A DNA stretch of 32,000 nt from Bacillus subtilis subsp. subtilis str. 168 (GTDB lineage: Bacteria > Bacillota > Bacilli > Bacillales > Bacillaceae): assembly GCF_000009045.1 (NCBI RefSeq), contig NC_000964.3, forward strand, positions 1,440,001 through 1,472,000, written 5' to 3'. The position numbers and the translations under genes were made by a program. Shown piece by piece: positions 7,585 through 15,063 of this stretch (position 1 is the first letter of the stretch; each line of letters begins with the position of its first letter). The notes beneath the pieces were generated by a model, which did not search any database, was not told where the DNA came from, and worked only from the letters and a program-made list of their open reading frames with translations.

Positions 7585-7661
7585 AGAAAGCGAATTTCAT
7601 ATGTAAGGTGTTAAATTGTCCGTCTTGCAGTTTTTTGAATAAATGTGGAAATAAGGAGGTT

Positions 7662-7847
7662 TTAATAGGAGTCTCTGATGATCTTATAATTTTTATGATT
7701 AACAACTGTCAATGAATCTAACTCAAGATCCCGATAGTTATCCATGATCGTCACATCAACGATAACAGAATTCTCATTTACTTTTTCAACAACACCGGTT
7801 AATCCGTTTTTAAATTCAATGACATTCCCAACCTTAGCGATTTTCAC
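7662..7847 (-). CDS. ykvS: Small conserved protein of unknown function (61 aa)
   Basis: The track ORF 7662-8093 is longer. GTG at 7847 is preceded by the strong RBS AAAGGAGAGG. The upstream part of that ORF is the antisense shadow of ykzS. Product: VKIAKVGNVIEFKNGLTGVVEKVNENSVIVDVTIMDNYRDLELDSLTVVNHKNYKIIRDSY. Confidence 0.75.
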   Translation of the reverse strand: MKIAKVGNVIEFKNGLTGVVEKVNENSVIVDVTIMDNYRDLELDSLTVVNHKNYKIIRDSY

Positions 7848-8012
7848 AAGCTTCCTCTCCTTTAAACATAATAATGCCTTTTGAAAGTATTTTGCAGTAT
7901 TTTCATTGAGAAGTAAAGCGATAAGGAGTTTTATCTCCCTTATGAATTGTTCTGTCGCTATAAAGATGATATATTGATTTTCGTCAATAGAAAGAAAAGG
8001 GGGGAATTTTTG

Positions 8013-8207
8013 TTGCGTCCCGAAGAAATAACAGAAATGATTGAACAGCTGCGCACCGGCGCCATAAACGAACTGAGAGTCCAGAAAGAGCATTTTCTTG
8101 ATTTCAGGGCCGTGTTATCTAAACAAGATGATTTTAAACATTTCCGAGGAATTGCCCAGCAAGGCGGAGATGTTATCTTTCAATACTTAGAACAGCCAAG
8201 AAGCTGA
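8013..8207 (+). CDS. ykzS: Small protein of unknown function (about 64-65 aa)
   Basis: Uses the track frame 7947-8207. Likely TTG starts are at 8010 or 8013, 5-8 nt after AAAAGGGGGGA. A strong terminator follows. The exact start is uncertain. Confidence 0.6.
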
Positions 8208-8236
8208 AGGTTTCTCATACGTGAGAAGCCTTTTTA
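8207..8236 (+). terminator. Intrinsic terminator of ykzS
   Basis: 11-bp stem AAGGTTTCTCA/TGAGAAGCCTT (one G-U pair), loop TACG, then TTTTT. Confidence 0.8.
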
Positions 8237-8505
8237 TCATATATGACAGAACACAAGCCTTTTATTACAGCTGTCTGTAACAGGTGTAAATAAAATGTAA
8301 AGTACCAAAGATGGATAAACATGTTTTAATTTAACAATATTTATAGAATTTCAGACTGTTTTTTTGCCATTAAGCAGTGAGTCATCCTCTTTATTCCATC
8401 CTGATACCTCCTTGGGAGAGTTGGAAAATCTTTTTCCGTGAAAATGAATGGATCTCTTGTTAAGGTTATGAAGTGTTTTTTGGAGCACTTTAAGGAGGAA
8501 ACTGT

Positions 8506-9132
8506 ATGACAACGAAATTCACTGCTCTGGCTGTTTTTCTTCTTTGTTTCATGCCTGCAGCCAAAATTGAGCATACACAAGCTTCACTACTGAGCGCAAA
8601 GAAGACAAAACATGAAGAAGCGAAATGGCTTACACATATAGATCGAAATACGAATGAATCTTTCCCTTCACTGTCTGCTGATAAAGACAAGAAAATAAAA
8701 CCGATTAAGCTATCAGCACACACTGAAAAGAAAGAGAAAGATAAACCGGACAAAACAAATGATGAGAAAGAAACATATACACAGTCTGAAAAAGAGTTGC
8801 TGTCCCGTCTCGTTCACGCAGAGGCCAAAGGAGAATCATATAAAGGCAAGGTCGCTGTAGCAAGCGTTGTACTGAACAGGACGGAGAAAAAAGGTTTTCC
8901 TGATACGATAAGAGGAGTTATTTATCAGAAAAACGCCTTTGAACCGGTCGCAAACGGGAGCATTAACCAAAAGCCTGATAAAGAATCGATTGAAGCTGCC
9001 GAAGAAGCGCTGTCCTCAAAAAATAGAGAAACAGATGCCATATTCTTTTATAATCCGAAAACAGCGTCAGATAATTGGATTCGTTCAAGAAAAATCGTAG
9101 AAAAAATCGGCAGACACGTTTTTGCCGTCTAA
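8506..9132 (+). CDS. ykvT: SleB-like cell-wall hydrolase (Hydrolase_2 domain) with a signal peptide and a Lys/Glu-rich linker
   Basis: 208-aa ORF with RBS AAGGAGG. It has a hydrophobic N-terminus. The C-terminal block [28 protein letters not shown]...[17 protein letters not shown] is typical of the SleB/CwlJ-type hydrolase domain. Confidence 0.9.
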
Positions 9133-9249
9133 GCATAGAAGAGACAATTTGTCTCAGCTGTGCTTTTTTTCATATAAAGAGTAAAAATAAAATAATTTTT
9201 GAACTTGTCTCATATGATGTTGGTAGTACAAGAGACAAGGAGAGACATC

Positions 9250-10587
9250 ATGAATCGATTTGTGAAAGGGATCATTCTTTTATCCATTGCCGCCTTTTTC
9301 GCTGAATGCCTTGAATTTGTCGTCAATATGATTTTGGCGCGGGAGCTTGGCGAGCATGGGATGGGGCTTTACATGAGTATTTTGCCCACGATCTTTTTAA
9401 TTATTGTCATCGCGAGCCTGGAACTGCCGATATCCATTTCTAAATTCATTGCCGAGTCAAATCCTAAGCTTCATGAAAGCATGCTGAGGCACGCTTTCAG
9501 AATGACAGCCATTTTTACTGCTTTTTCTACTGCCGCCGCTAGTATTGCGCTTCCGTTTATTCCGGTATTTGATACATACCACCCGTTTATTAAAGGGATT
9601 GTCATCGGCTTAATTCCTGTTGTCGCCTTTACTTCAATCGCCAGGGGCTACTTTATGGGTGTGCAGAAAATGGGGAAGATCGCAATTGCCAATGTGCTGA
9701 AAAAAATCATCCAGCTCTTGTGCTTATTCCTCTTTTTTCAATGGTACTCATTTGAATTGGACATGGCTGTGCTGATTTCCTTGTTTGTTCTAGTCGTGAG
9801 TGATGTGGTCGTGCTTGTTTATTTATATTCACAATTTATCATGGCAAGGCGGGCGTTATCCGGCCAGCAGCACATTCATTTGCGCGGAAAGGATGTAAGG
9901 AAAAGACTGCTTGCTGTTTCAATTCCTACAACAGGACTGCGTATTTTTCATGCGGTTGTCAATGCAATTGAACCCTTTTTAGTAAAAGGAGCTCTTTTGG
10001 CTGCGGGCGTTGCCGGGACAGCGGCGATCGATCAATACGGAATGCTGGCAGGAGTGGCTGTGACGATAGGGTCGTTCCCTGCTTTTATTGCCCATTCGTT
10101 AATGGTCGTCATGATACCGAGTATTTCGGAAGCTTATGCACTTTCTCAGTATGACATCGTGTTAAAAAGGCTGAAGCAGTCGATTTTCATTACATTAGGT
10201 TACGGTATACCTGCCGTCTGGGTCATGTTCCAGTTTGCGGGACCTCTCACGCATTTGTTTTTTCACTCTCCTGAAGCGCAGTATTACTTGCAGCTGTTGT
10301 GGCCTTACTTTCTCTTTCATCTGTTTGTCATGCCGCTGCAGGCGTGCTTAATCGGGATGGGTTTTGTGAAAGAGGCTTTTTATCACAATGTATGGAGCCA
10401 TATCGTTGCGCTAAGTATGATGTATGTACTGGGATCAATGGAGAATCTGCAAATGCTCGGGATTATCCTTGGAATGAACACTGGCATGATTCTTTTGACG
10501 AGCCTGCACTATGCCACGATCTGCAAAGCATTGAAGGTATCTGTATTTCTTACGGGAGGGACCAGAACGCCGCGAATTGAAGGATGA
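9250..10587 (+). CDS. ykvU: Polytopic membrane protein of the MOP/MurJ-SpoVB flippase superfamily
   Basis: Uses the track ORF 9199-10587. I prefer the ATG at 9250 (445 aa) because AAGGAGAG lies upstream. The protein is strongly hydrophobic throughout (many predicted TM segments), resembling SpoVB-type polysaccharide/lipid II exporters. Confidence 0.88.
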   Translation: MNRFVKGIILLSIAAFFAECLEFVVNMILARELGEHGMGLYMSILPTIFLIIVIASLELPISISKFIAESNPKLHESMLRHAFRMTAIFTAFSTAAASIALPFIPVFDTYHPFIKGIVIGLIPVVAFTSIARGYFMGVQKMGKIAIANVLKKIIQLLCLFLFFQWYSFELDMAVLISLFVLVVSDVVVLVYLYSQFIMARRALSGQQHIHLRGKDVRKRLLAVSIPTTGLRIFHAVVNAIEPFLVKGALLAAGVAGTAAIDQYGMLAGVAVTIGSFPAFIAHSLMVVMIPSISEAYALSQYDIVLKRLKQSIFITLGYGIPAVWVMFQFAGPLTHLFFHSPEAQYYLQLLWPYFLFHLFVMPLQACLIGMGFVKEAFYHNVWSHIVALSMMYVLGSMENLQMLGIILGMNTGMILLTSLHYATICKALKVSVFLTGGTRTPRIEG

Positions 10588-10637
10588 TAAAGGAACAGCA
10601 GGGGCAAGCTAATTGAAAAGCATGAAAGGAAGATTCC

Positions 10638-11135
10638 ATGTTGACGAAGCGCTTGCTTACTATATACATTATGTTATTAGGGTTGATTGCATGGTTTCCA
10701 GGTGCGGCACAAGCTGAGGAAAAACAGCCTGCTGTTCCCGCTGTTTTTCTTATGAAAACGATAGAAGGGGAGGACATCTCGATTCCGAATAAAGGGCAAA
10801 AAACAATTCTCCATTTTTGGACGTCATGGTGCCCGCCCTGCAAAAAGGAGCTTCCACAGTTTCAATCGTTTTATGATGCCCATCCATCCGACAGTGTAAA
10901 GCTGGTAACGGTGAATTTAGTGAATTCGGAACAAAATCAGCAAGTCGTTGAAGACTTTATTAAAGCAAACAAGCTGACGTTTCCGATTGTCCTTGACTCA
11001 AAAGGGGAATTGATGAAGGAGTATCATATCATCACGATCCCAACATCATTTTTGCTGAATGAAAAGGGAGAAATTGAAAAAACAAAAATTGGCCCGATGA
11101 CAGCGGAACAACTGAAGGAATGGACGGAAGAATAG
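10638..11135 (+). CDS. stoA: Membrane-anchored thioredoxin-like thiol-disulfide oxidoreductase
   Basis: 165-aa ORF with an N-terminal signal/anchor. It has the active-site motif WCPPC in a TlpA/ResA-like fold context (FWTSWCPPCKKELP). Confidence 0.93.
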   Translation: MLTKRLLTIYIMLLGLIAWFPGAAQAEEKQPAVPAVFLMKTIEGEDISIPNKGQKTILHFWTSWCPPCKKELPQFQSFYDAHPSDSVKLVTVNLVNSEQNQQVVEDFIKANKLTFPIVLDSKGELMKEYHIITIPTSFLLNEKGEIEKTKIGPMTAEQLKEWTEE

Positions 11136-11162
11136 CTGAGAGCATAGACTCTCAGCTTTTTT
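11135..11162 (+). terminator. Intrinsic terminator of stoA
   Basis: Stem GCTGAGAG/CTCTCAGC, loop CATAGA, then TTTTTT. Confidence 0.85.
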
Positions 11163-11191
11163 CATATAGAGAAGAAGTGAATAAACATTAA

Positions 11192-11206
11192 TGATAATTA
11201 TTATCA
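11192..11206. promoter_or_regulatory. Perfect 7-1-7 Fur-type box TGATAATTATTATCA
   Basis: Exact 15-bp palindrome, identical to the B. subtilis Fur consensus TGATAATNATTATCA as I recall it. It lies about 24 bp upstream of the -35 element. Confidence 0.7.
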
Positions 11207-11214
11207 AAAAGAAA

Positions 11215-11229
11215 TTAAAATAATTATAA
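11215..11229. promoter_or_regulatory. PerR-type box TTAAAATAATTATAA (one mismatch to TTATAATNATTATAA)
   Basis: It abuts the -35 hexamer of the zosA promoter. zosA is known as a PerR-repressed gene. Confidence 0.65.
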
Positions 11230-11257
11230 TTGAAATTCTCTTCGTGCGTGCTATAAT
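11230..11257 (+). promoter_or_regulatory. Sigma-A promoter of zosA
   Basis: TTGAAA (11230-11235), a 16-nt spacer, then TATAAT (11252-11257). Confidence 0.65.
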
Positions 11258-11290
11258 AAAGGAAGACATCAAGAAATAACTGACGATAAA

Positions 11291-11320
11291 GCTGCCTTTT
11301 GGGCAGCGATTTTGTTTTTA
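11291..11320 (+). terminator. Terminator-like hairpin inside the zosA 5' leader
   Basis: Stem GCTGCC/GGCAGC with loop TTTTG, followed by GATTTTGTTTTTA. It lies between the promoter and the zosA ATG at 11371. Confidence 0.45.
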
Positions 11321-11370
11321 TAAGAGAAATGAAGATGATTTACGTTCTCAATTAGAGAGGAGAATTCGAT

Positions 11371-13284
11371 ATGAATGAACAAGTTATCGTTCAACGCGAC
11401 CCGCATGAGCCATTGAAAACAGACAAGAGGGAAAAAAACTGGGCACAGCACGCGGAGCTTATTGCAGCACTTGTATCAGGCGCTCTTATTTTGGCAGGCT
11501 GGCTCTTATCCGGATATCAGGTATTATCCATAATACTTTTCTTGCTGGCTTTTGTGATCGGCGGATTTGCTAAAGCGAAGGAAGGAATCGAAGAAACACT
11601 CGAATCCAAAACGCTGAATGTAGAACTTTTAATGATTTTCGCTGCCATTGGTTCCGCCTTGATCGGATACTGGGCAGAGGGTGCTATTTTAATATTTATT
11701 TTTTCCTTAAGCGGAGCTTTAGAAACATACACGATGAATAAAAGCAGCAGAGATTTAACGTCTTTAATGCAGCTTGAGCCTGAAGAAGCGACATTGATGG
11801 TCAATGGTGAAACCAAAAGAGTTCCGGTTTCAGACTTGCAGGCCGGTGATATGATTGTGATCAAACCTGGAGAACGCGTAGCGGCAGACGGTATCATTGA
11901 ATCGGGCTCGACAAGTCTTGACGAGTCGGCTTTAACAGGTGAATCAATGCCTGTAGAAAAAAACACAGGCGACACTGTATTCACAGGAACGGTGAATCGC
12001 AATGGCTCCTTGACAGTCCGTGTCACGAAAGCAAATGAAGATTCGTTATTCAGAAAAATTATCAAACTGGTTGAATCAGCGCAAAATAGTGTTTCACCCG
12101 CGCAGGCTTTCATCGAACGATTTGAAAATGCTTATGTGAAAGGTGTGCTAATTGCGGTGGCGCTCCTTTTATTCGTCCCGCACTTTGCGCTGGGCTGGAG
12201 CTGGAGTGAAACCTTCTACCGCGCAATGGTGTTTATGGTTGTCGCGTCACCTTGTGCGCTTGTCGCCTCTATTATGCCGGCGGCGCTGTCCCTGATTTCA
12301 AATGGCGCCCGCAACGGTATGCTTGTGAAAGGAAGCGTCTTTCTTGAACAGCTGGGCTCAGTGCAAATGATCGCCTTTGATAAAACCGGAACTGTAACAA
12401 AAGGCCAGCCTGCCGTAGAGACGATCAGAATAGCAGAAGGATTCAGTGAAGCGGAAGTTCTTGAGGCTGTCTATGCCATCGAAACGCAATCAAGCCATCC
12501 GCTCGCCCAAGCCATAACGGCGTACGCTGAAAGCCGCGGCGTGAATCAGTCCGGCTACATATCTATAGAAGAAACCTCAGGGTTTGGCGTTATGGCAGAA
12601 GTGTCGGGTGCGAAATGGAAGGTCGGTAAAGCAGGTTTTATCGGCGAGGAAATGGCAGCACAATTTATGAAACAAACAGCATCAGATGTCATTCAAAGCG
12701 GTCATACAATTGTATTTGTGAAAAAGGATGATCAAATAGCAGGCTGTATCGCACTGAAGGACCAAATCAGGCCTGAAGCAAAAGAGGTCATGGAAGAACT
12801 GAACCGACTTGGGATTAAAACGGCCATGCTGACAGGAGATCACGAAGACACGGCTCAAGCGATTGCCAAGGAAGCCGGCATGACAACTGTCGTGGCAGAA
12901 TGCCTGCCTGACCAAAAAGTGAATGAAATCAAACGGTTAAAAGAAGAATTCGGAACGATTGCAATGGTGGGTGACGGAATCAATGATGCGCCGGCACTCA
13001 AAGCAGCGGATGTCGGCATTGCGATGGGCGGCGGAACAGATGTAGCACTTGAGACCGCTGATATGGTCCTCATGAAAAACGATTTGAAAAAGCTCGTAAA
13101 CATGTGCCGCTTGTCTCGGAAAATGAACAGGATCATCAAACAAAATATCGTGTTTTCTCTAGCTGTAATCTGCCTGCTGATTTGTGCAAACTTTTTGCAG
13201 GCGATGGAATTGCCATTTGGCGTGATTGGTCATGAGGGCAGCACGATTTTAGTCATACTAAACGGTTTAAGACTCCTAAAATAA
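11371..13284 (+). CDS. zosA: P1B-type metal-transporting ATPase (Zn uptake, PerR regulon)
   Basis: 637-aa ORF with RBS AGAGGAG. It has the P-type motifs DKTGT (FDKTGTVT), GDGINDAP and TGD, plus the transmembrane metal-site motif SPC. Confidence 0.95.
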   Translation: MNEQVIVQRDPHEPLKTDKREKNWAQHAELIAALVSGALILAGWLLSGYQVLSIILFLLAFVIGGFAKAKEGIEETLESKTLNVELLMIFAAIGSALIGYWAEGAILIFIFSLSGALETYTMNKSSRDLTSLMQLEPEEATLMVNGETKRVPVSDLQAGDMIVIKPGERVAADGIIESGSTSLDESALTGESMPVEKNTGDTVFTGTVNRNGSLTVRVTKANEDSLFRKIIKLVESAQNSVSPAQAFIERFENAYVKGVLIAVALLLFVPHFALGWSWSETFYRAMVFMVVASPCALVASIMPAALSLISNGARNGMLVKGSVFLEQLGSVQMIAFDKTGTVTKGQPAVETIRIAEGFSEAEVLEAVYAIETQSSHPLAQAITAYAESRGVNQSGYISIEETSGFGVMAEVSGAKWKVGKAGFIGEEMAAQFMKQTASDVIQSGHTIVFVKKDDQIAGCIALKDQIRPEAKEVMEELNRLGIKTAMLTGDHEDTAQAIAKEAGMTTVVAECLPDQKVNEIKRLKEEFGTIAMVGDGINDAPALKAADVGIAMGGGTDVALETADMVLMKNDLKKLVNMCRLSRKMNRIIKQNIVFSLAVICLLICANFLQAMELPFGVIGHEGSTILVILNGLRLLK

Positions 13285-13316
13285 AACCAGCAGCCTAATC
13301 AGGCTGCTGGCTTTTT
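13285..13316. terminator. Bidirectional terminator shared by zosA and the downstream minus-strand small ORF
   Basis: 10-bp stem CCAGCAGCCT/AGGCTGCTGG, loop AATC, with an A-run before and CTTTTT after. Confidence 0.85.
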
Positions 13317-13321
13317 ATGTA

Positions 13322-13525
13322 TCAAGCTTTCCCTTCATTTTTGTCTTTATCAGATCTTTTCATAACTAGGATGAGAGCGAGGGTGCAGCAAAGGAAACCC
13401 GCTGCACAGCCTATGATAGAGCTGTAATAATAAAAGCCCACCATCTTCATCCCGATAAAAGGAGCGGAAATTCCCAAAACCGTTAAGAGCATAACTGCTT
13501 TTCGTCTGAAAAAATTCATCAGCAA
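13322..13525 (-). CDS. Small two-TM membrane protein of unknown function (65-70 aa)
   Basis: Uses the track ORF 13322-13534. It has two hydrophobic stretches (AVMLLTVLGISAPFIGMKMVGFYYY and SSIIGCAAGFLCCTLALILVM) and a charged tail. A GGGGGG tract lies just upstream. Likely starts are TTG 13525 or ATG 13519. The stop sits directly against the bidirectional terminator. It may be the gene I vaguely recall as ykzT. Confidence 0.5.
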   Translation of the reverse strand: MLMNFFRRKAVMLLTVLGISAPFIGMKMVGFYYYSSIIGCAAGFLCCTLALILVMKRSDKDKNEGKA

Positions 13526-13690
13526 ACGGAACAACCCCCCTGCGATTGAACGTTACTGTCAGTATACAGGAAGAGGAGCAGGAAATAAAATGCATTAGAA
13601 AATGAAGGCGTCGTGAAAGGCAAACACCGGTAAAACCTGTTACAATGGAAGACAGAACAATGCATTGCAAATGGCAGGGAGGAACAAGAA

Positions 13691-14782
13691 GTGAATAGAA
13701 TACAACGCGTCTCTTCATGGCTGAAGGAAGCGGGGCATACTGCCGCATTTATTCATACGAAAGAAAATGTTTTTTACTTAACCGGTTTTTACACAGAGCC
13801 GCATGAAAGATTAATGGGGTTATTTATTTTTCAAGAAGAGGAGCCTTTCTTTGTTTGTCCAGGAATGGAAGCAGGACAGGCCCGCAACGCAGGCTGGAAT
13901 CATGAAATCATTGGCTATGCGGATCACGAAAATCCGTGGGAGCTGATAGAGAAGGCTTTGAAAAAGCGAAATATCAGCATACATATGCTTGCGGTAGAAA
14001 AGGATTCAATCTCGCTGTCACGTGCAGAACAGCTGAAGCATGCGACGGGCGGGGCTCAATTTGTTTCAGCAGAAGAAACACTCAATCAATTTCGCCTGAT
14101 TAAAGATGACAATGAGATTCGTTTGCTGAAAGAGGCGGCAAAGCTTGCAGATTACGGTGTTGAAGTCGGCACAGCCGCTTTGCGTGAAGGCATCAGTGAA
14201 GTGGAAGTGCTCGCTCAAATTGAGTATGAGCTGAAGAAAAAAGGAATTCAGGGCATGTCTTTCTCTACAATGGTTTTATTCGGAGAAAAATCTGGCCAGC
14301 CTCATGGAAATCCTGGTACAGCCACGTTGAAGAAAGGTGATTTTGTTTTATTTGATCTCGGTGTTATTCTTGATGGCTATTGCTCTGATATTACAAGAAC
14401 GTTTGCATACAAAACCATCAATCCGAAGCAGGAGGCCATTTACGAGACTGTGCTTCAAGCGGAAAAAGCCGCGATTGAGGCAAGCAAACCCGGTGTGAGA
14501 ATCGGAGATCTGGATTTAACTGCCCGCGGAATCATTGAAAAAGCGGGATATGGTGATTATTTTCCTCACCGGCTTGGGCATGGACTCGGAATTTCAGTCC
14601 ATGAGTATCCATCAATGAGCCAGGCCAACGATACACTGCTGCAGGAAGGCATGGTCTACACGATCGAACCGGGGATTTATGTGCCAGAGATCGGCGGCGT
14701 ACGCATTGAGGATGACGTTCACGTAACAAAGGACGGAGCAGTTGCTCTGACCCAATATCCAAAGGATTTGATCATACTGTAA
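13691..14782 (+). CDS. ykvY: M24-family Xaa-Pro dipeptidase/aminopeptidase
   Basis: 363-aa ORF with a GTG start after GGGAGG. It has the metal-ligand blocks DLG...DGYCSDITRT, HGLGISVHE and GGVRIEDD. Confidence 0.92.
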   Translation: MNRIQRVSSWLKEAGHTAAFIHTKENVFYLTGFYTEPHERLMGLFIFQEEEPFFVCPGMEAGQARNAGWNHEIIGYADHENPWELIEKALKKRNISIHMLAVEKDSISLSRAEQLKHATGGAQFVSAEETLNQFRLIKDDNEIRLLKEAAKLADYGVEVGTAALREGISEVEVLAQIEYELKKKGIQGMSFSTMVLFGEKSGQPHGNPGTATLKKGDFVLFDLGVILDGYCSDITRTFAYKTINPKQEAIYETVLQAEKAAIEASKPGVRIGDLDLTARGIIEKAGYGDYFPHRLGHGLGISVHEYPSMSQANDTLLQEGMVYTIEPGIYVPEIGGVRIEDDVHVTKDGAVALTQYPKDLIIL

Positions 14783-14786
14783 TAGA

Positions 14787-14826
14787 AATAAAAAAGGACT
14801 TTGTTCTCGACATCGTCCTTTTTTAT
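14787..14826. terminator. Bidirectional terminator between ykvY and the small minus-strand ORF
   Basis: A-run, stem AAGGAC/GTCCTT with an internal loop, then TTTTTT. Confidence 0.7.
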
Positions 14827-14831
14827 CTGCA

Positions 14832-14957
14832 TTAAATAAAAAAATCATCAAATGTTCGAAAGGGTTTAATTTCATGTTTTTGGTTGAGAGGTTTTACAGC
14901 AAGACAGCTGCCACCGAGAACAGTGAGACATAACCCAATTAAAATGAAGAAACCCAT
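14832..14957 (-). CDS. Candidate 41-aa membrane peptide (below the ORF-track cutoff)
   Basis: Hand translation gives MGFFILIGLCLTVLGGSCLAVKPLNQKHEIKPFRTFDDFFI*. The ATG at 14957 is preceded by GAAAGGAG with 8-nt spacing. It has one hydrophobic helix. The stop abuts the terminator. It may correspond to an annotated ykz-type mini-gene. Confidence 0.5.
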   Translation of the reverse strand: MGFFILIGLCLTVLGGSCLAVKPLNQKHEIKPFRTFDDFFI

Positions 14958-15063
14958 GTGATCTTCTCCTTTCAGCTAAAAACACAAAAAGATATCTGGT
15001 ACGTCCATATCATATTGTATGAAACGCATTCCAGATCAAGGGGATTTAGAAAGAAGGGAATCT

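Noticed and set aside
7848-8093. N-terminal extension of the ykvS ORF to 143 aa
   Set aside because: The extension is the antisense shadow of ykzS and of the divergent promoter region. The internal GTG at 7847 has a very strong RBS (AAAGGAGAGG), and the 61-aa product starts a coherent small domain.
9075-9305. 76-aa ORF spanning the ykvT-ykvU junction
   Set aside because: It overlaps the ykvT 3' end and the ykvU start in another frame. The intergenic part contains the ykvU RBS, and there is no independent support.
11517-12113. 198-aa minus-strand ORF inside zosA
   Set aside because: It is an antisense shadow ORF with an S/T/P-rich translation and no RBS. The plus-strand frame carries unambiguous P-type ATPase motifs. 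The same reasoning applies to the other in-gene antisense or alternate-frame ORFs in the track: 311-505, 563-772, 12682-13143, 17233-17469, 18702-19249, 19359-19822, 19874-21436, 24199-24829, 25225-25491, 25933-26178, 28244-28501, 30167-30388 and 31084-31308.
13350-13748. 132-aa minus-strand ORF overlapping the ykvY start and the small membrane ORF
   Set aside because: It is an alternate frame of the better-supported 70-aa membrane ORF and overlaps the ykvY promoter and start. It has no RBS, and its composition is not protein-like.
15020-15033. cre-like sequence TGAAACGCATTCCA upstream of ykvZ
   Set aside because: Against TGWAANCGNTNWCA the central CG is out of register and there are three mismatches in total. 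It is not a credible CcpA site.
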